From Intoshia linei (taxonomy: Eukaryota > Animalia > Orthonectida): a stretch of 32,977 nucleotides of DNA. The notes beneath the pieces were generated by a model. It made no database searches. It worked only from the letters and a program-made list of their open reading frames with translations, and was not told the DNA's origin. The stretch covers positions 1-32,977 of the forward strand of contig LWCA01000308.1 in NCBI GenBank assembly GCA_001642005.1, written 5' to 3'. The first letter of the stretch is position 1. Every line of letters begins with the position of its first letter. The position numbers and the translations under genes were made by a program. Of this stretch, positions 22,386 to 32,977 are shown piece by piece.

Positions 22386-24215
22386 AATAAAATTCCGTTT
22401 ACGCCATGAAAATAACTTTATAATGATTAAATTGATACTCATTTGCTAGACTTTTTGGCAATTTTATGATTTGTGACGCCAAGACTTCCAGTCAAAACAA
22501 TGTGCCTTAAACTATAAGAGTGAATCATGTTTAGTTTTCAATTTTGATTCTAATTATTTATAAAATGTATGATTTACAATACTATAATGATATGTATTGG
22601 TGTTTAAAAAAATCAATTGTACATAATTCATTATGCAGACATTGTTTCATGGTGATTTATAGATTCACTTGAATACTTTTTATGTACTTGAAACTTTCAA
22701 GTGATTATTTTGACGTTAATTTTAATAAATATATTATCACTTTTGTATCGAGTGTATAGTTAGTTGTCTCGAATCGAAATTCTCGTTTATATCCATTTTA
22801 AATGGGTTTAATCACGGATGTACCAGTATTAGCACAGTTAATTTACCAGCATGGCTGATATTTTGATAATTGTCCATATTAAAGTACTTAATCAAGTTAA
22901 AGTTGATAATATGTGTCTAATAATGTACATTAAATGATATTTTCGGTATGTTACAGTGTAGGGCCGTGAAGAGATTTTTTTCTTTTTCAGAAAAATTTTT
23001 TCAATTTGCATAAAGAGGATCAGGGATGGTGAGTAGTAGCAGTAGTAGGCCCCATATAATTGTTTTTAAGAATGGCGTTTATACATTGTTTAATCCAGCG
23101 TTCGTCAAAATTATTTATAACGCGGGCCGCACAAATTTCGTGAATACATAATGTGTATTACATATAAAACAATTTAAATTGATAAAATTTTATTTTGGCT
23201 TGTAACTTTGATTTTTTTTTTTTTATTTTTTTTATTTAAAATAATTTAATATTTAGTAATATAATAATATTTAAAAATTTAAATTAAAATTTTTTGTCAA
23301 AATTAAATTTGAATAATTTAATGAATAATTAACAATTATTATTTTTGGAGTGCATTTTAATTATTAATTGGGTTCATTATTAAATTTCAAAATTGTACGT
23401 ACATTGTATTTATAATTATATCTATGCAAACAATAAAAGAAAATTTGAAGAAAAAATAGCCTATTATTGATAAACAATACTTTTAATCGATTTCATAAAT
23501 TGCTAAAATTAAAATTAAAATTAGAAAAATATTTAATTTAATTTTGGATATAATTAACCAAAAAAATTAAGTTTCAAATCATTTTTCTTAGTTTAATTCA
23601 ATTAAAAATAATCACTTTTTGTATTCAATAATGTTTTAGGTAGGAAGATTTAATCTAATATGTAAAAACTGAAATATTCTTCTTTGCAACAATATATAAT
23701 AAAAACCAAACAATGTTGACAAATGTCATATTTGAATAACATTATGCAATAGTGCAATCTAATAGAATACCAAAGATATTTTATGACATGCCATAAGATT
23801 TGTACTCCACATTAGCTTAATATAGTTCGGAAAACTTTTTGTTTGCCGAAAACATCGCGGGCATAGTTTGACTAACTTGATTAAACTTTAATCGATCAAT
23901 TATTATCTACAAATTAAAAATAGCATTAGTCAATGATGACTCATCATTAAAATGACATTTACAGCGTTAACTAATAATACATTAAAATAGTAAATCCGCA
24001 AAATTGTGGGTACTAGTCTACTCTCCACCGTCCGGCTCAATTGTAGCAGATACACTCAGTACCGTGGAGAAGGGATATGGCATAATCTCGTAGCGAAGGG
24101 GTTAATCTCTCATTCGTTTTGTCATTTCAGCTGGTCAATTTTAGTTCTACACCAAATTTTTAAATTTATATGTATAAAAACAATAATTAACGAAAAAAAT
24201 GAAATTTACATAATT

Positions 24216-24539
24216 TTATTTATTACAATTCCATTCACCCTGTCTAATATCATTCAAATATTTACAATTGTTTTGAAACTGCAACACAGCAGATAGTGAC
24301 TGCTCCATTAAATAATGATTTTTTGAAATAAAAATGGCAGAACACGAAAATGTATTTTCTCCTTCATTTAGGTGGGGTATAGGTAAATATTTACTGAATC
24401 TATAAACTTGGGTAATGACCACAACTTGATTTGGTAAGGAATATTTTGTTGAATTTAATCGGACGGATTTGAACGTATCTACTATCACACGACTTATTTC
24501 ATTAGAAATAGGTATTTGCAGATTCGTTCCAAATTTTTT
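24216..24539 (-). CDS. Hypothetical protein exon
   Basis: Acceptor ttttag at 24540 followed by ~107 open codons (KKFGTNLQIPISNEISRVIVDTF...GEWNCNK); no family recognised; other exons not resolved. Confidence 0.35.
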   Translation of the reverse strand, partial: KKFGTNLQIPISNEISRVIVDTFKSVRLNSTKYSLPNQVVVITQVYRFSKYLPIPHLNEGENTFSCSAIFISKNHYLMEQSLSAVLQFQNNCKYLNDIRQGEWNCNK

Positions 24540-25020
24540 CTAAAAGTAAAAATTATTCTGGTTACTTCCAAATTATCTCGCTTTAATATTTTTACATATC
24601 TTATACAGTGACTGTAATATATACTGTATTAATACAGTAGGTGTGTTGCAACATTGGATTTTTTAATGTTTACAAATTGATTGCCATAAAATAATGTTAA
24701 ATTACCAGTTAATTGCAAATTTCAATAATTATTGAAATTATTATTTGATCACCATTATTCATCATGAATCATAAACTGATAAAATAAATTTTAAATAAAT
24801 ATACATCCATGGCTATATATTATTTTTATACTTAAACTTCAGTAACTGAAATTTATTATTATTATTAAGTGAAGTTATTGGAATTGAAGTTTTAACATAA
24901 AATGTACTTTCGGGTTAGATAAAGCGTCTAATAGATATCGATAAAATAACTACTATAACATATCTGCTAATAATATACTACTGTCACATTTAAGTATATA
25001 TTTTGTATCTTCAAACTGTC

Positions 25021-25093
25021 GCCCCGTTAGCTCAGTCGGTAGAGCATCAGGCTTTTAACCTGGTTGTCACGGGTTCGAGCCCCGTACGAGGCT
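25021..25093 (+). tRNA. tRNA-Lys(UUU)
   Basis: Identical to the copy at 19157-19229; followed by a T run. Confidence 0.95.
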
Positions 25094-25630
25094 TTTTTTT
25101 TATTTCAAGATTTTGTAAAATATTGATGAAAAAAGTTTATTCAAAATGTTATACTTTTGAAATCTTGCAACAAAATTCATTCAGACCTATCGGGATATTT
25201 TTGCTTCGATCGATAGATGAATTAAAATAACCATCACTACAAACAAAATTAAATATTTCGTTCTGATACTTTAATAATTATGAATTAACCCTTAATTTAA
25301 GGCGTATTTTCAAATAATGTTATTTACGTCATACATCGTTATATGTATTCGTTTTACATATAATAAATGGCTAATTACAGAATCACAATGATCAAGCATA
25401 TTATCACATACTCAAAAGTACGAATTTCTAATGAGAACAAATAACAACATGTACATTTTACGTGCAATGTTTCCATGGCGACCATACAAATTATATTTTT
25501 TAATATGACAACGAACCCCTTCGGGAAAAATACTTCACATTATAGAAGATTTTGTTGAGCAGATTTCAAAATATAGATACCAACATTTTTTATTTAAAAA
25601 ATATATAAATTTACACAAAATTATTTAAAT

Positions 25631-25976
25631 CAGGGTTGTCTAAACACATGGCAAATGAGGGCTAAAAATAAATTTTACATATTTTGCGGCGCAACATTAA
25701 AAAAAATTTACACAATTATTTCATCATTCCTTCCCACTTAGTTTTTTTCTTATACTCTTATTAAAAAGCTATTTTTTCCATAGCACTGCTTATTTACATA
25801 TCCAAAGTATTTATTAACAATTGTGTTTGTTGTTTATGTTTTTATTGTTTTTTTTTATTGTTTAATTGTTTTTATTATTTACTTGTTTTACAAAATATAT
25901 TATTAAACAATTTCGTGGACCACCCAATTATAATTGAGGGGCATTCAACCCGCATTTTGCGATTTGGATTACCCTG
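25631..25976. mobile_element. hAT-type MITE
   Basis: Imperfect TIRs CAGGGTTGTCTAAA / TTTGGATTACCCTG; 8-bp TSD ATTTAAAT / ATATAAAT (7/8). Confidence 0.65.
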
Positions 25977-26034
25977 ATATAAATAAGTAAGAAATTTGGC
26001 TACTAACTTAGTGAATTGAACGGTAAGTGTATAT

Positions 26035-26450
26035 CAAGGGTTCCCAAACTTATTTTGTTTACCGTTTTCTTTTTAGCAATATATTTTCTCAACGCCCCTT
26101 AAAAAATTTTTTGATTACATCGTATACATATTTCAAAATTTACTTATTATATGCAAAGTCGATATTTAATAATTAAAACATAATATATTCATTACTGTTA
26201 CTTTTTATATCCGTCCATCCCACATTTGCTATAAAAATATCCCTTTACAATTAAAAAATTCATCAACGCTAATATCTATCCATCTAAAATTGTTTTTTTG
26301 TGTATACAGTGTTTTTAAATTTGGTACCGCATTAATTTTACTTATTTTATTGTACTGAAATATATTAAAAAAATTTCTATTTATGTTTGTATAATCGCAA
26401 CAGCTGAAAATATTTTCTGGGGGCGATATCGCCCACTTTGGGAACCCCTG
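26035..26450. mobile_element. hAT-type MITE
   Basis: TIRs CAAGGGTTCCCAAACT / ACTTTGGGAACCCCTG; 8-bp TSD GTGTATAT / GTGTATAG (7/8). Confidence 0.8.
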
Positions 26451-26955
26451 GTGTATAGTATATATATTAACATTAGCCTAACTTAGTAAATGTACATAAA
26501 ACTGTATATAAAACTCTTTGTTTGTCAGTTTGTGTGTCTGTTTGTTATCGTTTATTTTAATAACTAAGGATCCTAGAGTTTTAAAATTTACATTCTGAAA
26601 TAGATTTTATAATCATGAACATTATCATAAATTTAAATATTAAAAAGTTATATATTTAGTACAAAAACCGTAAATTACCTTTTTTTTTAAAAAATAAAAA
26701 TACTCCGAGAATTTTTAAAAAAATTACATTTTATACAGGTATTTACAGATATTACACACAAAAAATTTTAATCTCACAAAGTGACAAAGTGAATTTTTTA
26801 CCGTTTTTTAAAGGGGGTTTTATGGAATTTTTTTTAAACCAAATTTTGAAGAAAGTTTTTAGGGAAACTTTTCAACCAAATTTTAAGAAGGATTTTTATG
26901 GATTTTTTTGTACCAAATTTTAAAGAGGGTTTTAGGGAAAATAATCTACTGTTAA

Positions 26956-27481
26956 CCCTAATACTCCCAGTATGATTATATGGTCACACAATATTACAAT
27001 TATAAAAACACATATCAAATTGAAACAAAGTTAATTAAATATTAAAAATTAAATTAATTAGTATATTCTATAATATTCGAATATATAAGATATAGATTTT
27101 CACCGATTACCCTCCTGTGTCACTGACAGTGGGCCAAAACTATTTTTCAAAGCCAAAAAAAATTTACTGAAAAAATTTTTTATATTTTTTTGTTAAAGTT
27201 GTGACAACTGAATTTAATGAATACCATATGATGAATTCATGTATTGGCTACAATTTGATAAAATAATTAGGTATATTGACCATGTAGTTTTATATATACA
27301 CGCTTTTATTTGCCTTATTATCCCAATGTGATCATATGGAATGTGAAATAACTCCATAACTACAATTGGTAATTACCTAAAATTTTATATGGTTAAAAAT
27401 GGGCAAGTATGTATTAACTTCCCAAATTTTTGGAAAAATCGAAGTCAAAAAATTGGAAAAATTTGTATGAGAGTATTAGGG
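26956..27481. mobile_element. piggyBac-type MITE
   Basis: Perfect 11-bp TIRs CCCTAATACTC / GAGTATTAGGG, each flanked by TTAA (26952-26955, 27482-27485). Confidence 0.8.
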
Positions 27482-27640
27482 TTAATTTAATTAATTTTTT
27501 GTGAAATTATTCAATTAACAGGTTTAACATTTAACCTGAATTAAATTAATATTGTAATAAAATGTAATGTAATACAAAAAATTTAATATAATTAAATTAT
27601 TAATTTGCTTATTTTTTGAAAATTAATGTTTATTATATAC

Positions 27641-28183
27641 AGGTCTGACTGCATACTTCATTTTATTTTCAAAATTTTCTTTATCATGACATTTTAGGTG
27701 TTCTATTAATATTTCATTGTGCCGACACAAAACGTACACATATAAAATTATTCTTAGTACGAAATTTTTCATTTATTTGAAATATAAACTAGACTGATAA
27801 CAAGTGCAAAATTTAAACAAGTAAATTTATGACTAGTCGTCGCGAAAAATTATCTCATGAAATTAAAATAATTTCAAACAATATAATAATTAAAAAAGGC
27901 AAAAAAATAAAAAACATACCGACATGATGATTCGGCTAAGCTCGACATTTGATCCAAGTATCATAAAAAGAGTACAATTAATGGTAAATGGATATGAATT
28001 ATTTAAATCGTTGTATGAAACATTATACGAAATATCAAGTGTACAACAGTTTTTCAATGGGTTTTTTTCTGGATTAATTTGGTTGCCCACTTCTCCTTTA
28101 GAGTATATTTTTTTATCGTTCGATTTTCCATTAATATATACCAATTTTACCAATAATTGTAACAAAGTTATTGAAATTAACAT
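27641..28183 (-). CDS. Hypothetical, possibly secreted protein (multi-exon, 3' end unresolved)
   Basis: ATG at 28183, hydrophobic N-terminus MLISITLLQLLVKLVYING, open frame to a gtatg donor near 27919, in-phase exon from 27788 (FIFQINEKFRTKNNFICV). Confidence 0.4.
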
Positions 28184-29590
28184 AATATAATGCAAAATTG
28201 ATTAATCATAAACGATTCATTGTTTTAAACTTGGTAATATTCCAACTTCAAATAAGGTAACAAAAATGAGGTTTAAATAGTAGTTAAATCTATAAAAATC
28301 TTGCAAATTTTTTTAGTGTTTCGTTGTTGTATTGTTGATTATACTAGGAAAAAGTAAAAAGTATATATCACGCAGTCAAACACCTCTTGCAATAGACGAA
28401 TCTATTATAATATTAATAATTATTTTTCAATTCTACAGACGCACTAGTTTATTATTTCAAAAATTATTTAACGCTATACAATTTATATCAATAGAATATC
28501 TGGTAACCTCTAGAAATTACATTATATTTTAAGTCAATTGCAATTTTGTATGTGATTTGTTAATTTTGTGTTTAAAATTAGACGTGCATTAGTATACTAC
28601 TGCATAATACAGCACTGCAGCATTATTAAAACAATTATGCAACAAGCTAGTTTTTGTATCAACCAGCCAAAGTGCATTATATATAATTGACCTATATTTG
28701 TGAATGCACTCAAAAACGAAAATTACATGAAAACATTTTGCTGTTTGAAGGTAGCGAAAATAAGGTTAATATGTTTAAACATAAAATGTCATAAATTTTT
28801 TTAATTTTTGACAAAATTTGGTACCTCAGGGAGTTTTTCAATAAATGTACTTAAATATAGAGTATTTATAATATTTATTTAACTTTAAAATTTTACAAAT
28901 TTTGTGCGGTTTTTACTTTTAAAAGTTTAGTATTTTTCTGATCTTTACAATCTTTTGGTTTTTTAATTTTATACTTTATAATTACTTTACCCCAATATGT
29001 AACAAATATATTTTGTTCCATTTTGTGAACCTTGACGGGATAAAGGTTCACATTAATTTATTTCAACATGATATTATTATACTAACCTTAACATTAACCT
29101 TTACTTTACGCCTTACCTACGCTGTTTTTCCTTATAAAGTGTTATAATATGCTAAATATTTTCTGTAAATACCCAAAAGATGTACATTGTACAATTGGGT
29201 TATTATCATATGTGTCTCAAAGAAAAAGGTTGTGAAAAACTAATAAATTTTTGAAATTTCAAAATTAATGCATTATACATGTAACATGTGTAATATAATT
29301 ACTTTTAAACATTTTTAATTTACTACATTTATTTATATTTTTAAATAAACTTTCTACATATCGCACATTGATTAATTACATATAATAAAAACAATTATAT
29401 TGCTACACCATTAAAATCTTACTAAAAAAACATTATCGAGTGTACATTTTTCGTATTTTATTATCATGGAATGTGAAACCTTATCTCAAATTGACTAAAT
29501 TACGAGAAATTTGATAGCAACTGTGGATGAATTGATACAACCTGAAAAATTTTTATTTATACACATTAAAAACTTTATTAATGTAAATGG

Positions 29591-31473
29591 ATGAGAATGG
29601 AAATACTGAAGAAAAAGCCATCGTTTAAAAATTTGTCCAGATTTGTAATTTTTACCATCACCTGTTTAATTATATTCAATTTTTTCTACATTTACAACCA
29701 AGACGATGAACGTTTGTATATTATTGATCAAAACTACATTGATTATTATTCAACGCCCATAAATTCACTCGTTGAATACCGTAGACATGTTTCACACATG
29801 TCTCCATCTAAAAGTAATATATATTTATAAATAATGTGAAATGTGAAAAAAACATAAAAAACGTGCCATATTGGAGCAGATTTTATCAAAACCCAAAATT
29901 TTCTGAGATATGCCGAATATTATGGATTGAAAAATGTTGCAATACAATAGTATAATACAGGGGTTCCCACCAGTGGCGGATCCAAGAGGCTAGTTAATGG
30001 GGTGCGAGCGAAGCAAGAAATATTATTTTAGGGGCGTCTAGTTTGATTTCAAAGCATCTCTTTTAATTTCATTTAAAGGTTGTTATACAATAATTTCCAA
30101 ATTTGTATTTTTTCGCAAAAATAAAAAAAATGATCAGCACAAAAAAATTTTTTCAGAGAACTACTGGGAGAACTTTTATTCTTAAAAGTTTTAATAAAAT
30201 TGTGAAACTTATCATATTTATTAAAAAAATATATAATATTATTACATTTAAGAAAAAAAACTGGAAATTGATAATGGCTTTGACATTATTGTTTATTGTT
30301 TGATCATTCAAATATAAAATTATCAATTATAGATGTATATGTGCAATGCATATTTCACATTGTGCATATAACAAAGTCACATGATCCATTGTTGATGTAA
30401 TGACATGTAATGTTATGCGCCATCTATATTGTTTTAATAAATTAAAACATTTTTTAGTTCTTTTACAAAACATTAATTAAATTTTTTATAAAAAAAATGT
30501 AGAGGCCACTGCACCTTCTGCACCCCTTGAATTCGCCCTGCTAACATTTTTTTCACGGCGTACCGGTATAGTTATAAACTTATTTCGCGAACCGCCATTT
30601 TTAACGCTGATATAATATATATTTAGATGTACCGCTCCGAAAACATTTAATAGAAGGAAAAAATTCATTTTTTGAATTTGCTACTCAAATTGCTCAATAC
30701 GGTCTGGATTTTTATTCGTTGATAATCAATTCAATTCCAAATTCTGATGTTAGTATTCATCTCAATTATACCCATTCCAGTAAATTTATATACATCTGAA
30801 TTATTCATTTTCATAACCATATCATACATGTAGTATGTGATTTTATTTTATATTCACATGTCAATAATTTTATTAATATAAATATAGAAAACTTGCCCAT
30901 AAATATTCAAAATATTTCTAAAAACTACAACAAACTATCAATACTACACATTAAACTTAAAAAGGAAATTTCAAATATCACAATTACTTTGGAAATTTAT
31001 TCAAAATTTGATTTGCACTGTAATATACACAACACAACTTTAATATATAGTACCATCTACCCATCGGATTATTATTTTATCAAAAAATATCAAAACAAAA
31101 TATTATGTCAATTTGGATTAAATTTTAATAATATAAATTTTCATGGAGAATTTATTAGAAACTGGAAAACTGATATATATCATGTATTTAAACAAATAAA
31201 TTGCTTGAAATATTCCAGAATACAAAATATCAATATTCAGTATAATGGAACGACAAAACCAAAAATATTCTTACGAAAACATGCTTATTTAGATAGAATG
31301 AAGTATGCAATTCATTGGATTATAGAAGTATATTTAAGTTAAATTAAACATAGTATTATAAATTATATTAATTATAATAATAATTATACAGTCTAAGTCC
31401 TTATTAACGGGATTTTTGTTAACATATTTATTTTTTTTAGCGAATTTGTACGAACCAAAAATTCAGTTATTAA
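29591..31473 (+). CDS. Hypothetical type II membrane protein (~230 aa, 3 exons)
   Basis: Exons 29591-29813, 30888-31327, 31441-31473 are phase-consistent with GT-AG sites; basic N-tail, then TM helix FVIFTITCLIIFNFFYIY, then a luminal domain; family not recognised. Confidence 0.6.
29971..30540. mobile_element. TIR element nested in the end of another hAT-like MITE (starting 29958)
   Basis: Imperfect TIRs CAGTGGCGGATCCAAG / CTTGAATTCGCCCTG, directly preceded by CAGGGGTTCCCAC, the same TIR type as the 26035-26450 element. Confidence 0.5.
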
Positions 31474-32977
31474 AAAATGTATCTCTAAAGCTATATAATC
31501 TATTTTTAATGATTATCATAAACAAAAACTCACTTGCCCATTTTATTTTTTTACTAATTAAAAGTCAATGTATTACGTTTTTCATCCAATTTTTAATAGA
31601 TATAAATTAGCGTGCGTAAAGTATTTAATTATAAAAATTTTCATGGACCTCAAAAAAACTGCTGTGGACCCGAGAGGTTCACATTAACGTCGTTGAGAGT
31701 GTTATTGTATATTTCTTCGTTATGTATTATTCAAAAACTAATAAAAACAAGAAATATGACCATTTAATGGTTTTAATTAAAAAAATTACACAAATATAAA
31801 GTGGCCAGAAAAATACGTACTATTACTTTTAGTTTATTTGGAATAAATTTTAAGCCGAAAATTTTTATTCATCATTATGGATAAATAGTTTTGGCTTTAT
31901 AATAATTTATTATTAATAAAATTAATATCGAACATTTGAAAAATATTGATTGATAATAAATTAAAAATTATTTTTCATCGGGAATGCGTAGATTTTTGGG
32001 TTGAAATTTTGTATTTATATTAACTGGAATAAGTTCTCTCAGAATAATTTTTTTTTTTAAATTTTCGGACCGTTAATTATTTCACATTTTTTGTTTTCAT
32101 AAAATATTTTCGAAAAAAAATGTATGAATACTAAAATGCTTTTTTGACCGTGAAGGCGTCACTTATTCAGATTGAAATTTTTTGTTATTAACATGATACA
32201 ACTGTACTACCTATAAATTTTTTTGAAATGCTAGGGCTGTTTTCATTAAAAAAAAAGGGTAATTTGTGGTTTTGGACATGAAGATATATTTTTTTAAATT
32301 TTAATTTATGATAATATTTATGATTTTAAAATATTTTTCAGAGTGTATATTTTTTTAAATTCTCAAACTCGTTTGATTTTAAAAAAAAATGATAATTGGG
32401 CTTTTTGACCTGGAAGATGTTAGTTTAGGAGGTTTAAATTTATCTTACTAACACCCTCGGAAAAAACTGTAATAGAAATGTGGACTTTATAAAATTCTAA
32501 GACTGGTAGTTATTGAAATAAACGATGCTACACATAGACAAACAAAGCAATAAGTATAAGCAATAAGCAACTAATTCTAATGCACCTGTAAAAAATAGAA
32601 AAGTGGTTCCCTAGATGCAAAAGGTTTCCAATCCCTAATTTAAGTCTAAATGAATATGTATAAAAAGTGTATTATTTGTTGTAGTACAAAATCAAATATT
32701 TTTTAATATTATCTTTTAAAAAGTTTCTTTGTTTTGTTTTGTTTAATTATTTTTAATTGTATCATCAAGAGTATGAATAATCATTTATCCGTTCATATTA
32801 CTTGTAATATTAGTACAATCATATAATATTACATTCTGAGGTGTTTCTAATGTTCCGATCTTAGTATTATTAATTAATACAATAATTTTTTATTCTCTCC
32901 ATTTCATTCGAATACAAATCATAAATTTTATTTCTGCAATTGCTTTCAGATGGCAAAATTATTCCCTTTTTTTTAAA

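Noticed and set aside
22399-22407. Minimal upstream ORF (ATG GCG TAA) 5' of the receptor start
   Set aside because: Transcription start unknown, and such short ORFs are expected by chance in AT-rich DNA.
24085-24105. GTAGCGAAGGGG-TTAA resembling a piggyBac terminus
   Set aside because: No matching opposite end found, so element boundaries cannot be supported.
25003-25230. 75-aa ORF
   Set aside because: It is a translation through the tRNA-Lys gene.

Overview
Very AT-rich, compact animal genomic DNA, not prokaryotic: multi-exon genes with many 35-45 nt GT-AG introns, while the few long introns are filled with DNA-transposon debris. This is reminiscent of reduced parasite genomes such as the orthonectid Intoshia, but that assignment is inference only. 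Splicing exons by hand gives: (1) a highly divergent FANCD2-like gene (-, ~2053-11160), head-to-head with (2) coatomer epsilon COPE (+, 11318-14699); (3) a miniature Enigma/Zasp-type PDZ-LIM gene (+, 14867-17156), tail-to-tail at 17 bp with (4) a TGF-beta/BMP type I-like receptor kinase (-, 22385-17174) that lacks the canonical SGSGSG GS box; two identical tRNA-Lys(UUU) genes with a C4:A69 mismatch; three hypothetical genes or exons; and Tc1/mariner remnants, hAT- and piggyBac-type MITEs and degenerate satellites. I see no multi-gene novel system. The most interesting signals are degenerate regulatory motifs in conserved proteins (receptor GS box, FANCD2 ubiquitination site), the shared bidirectional poly(A) palindrome and the mismatched tRNAs. 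Protein identifications rest on remembered family motifs, not database searches.
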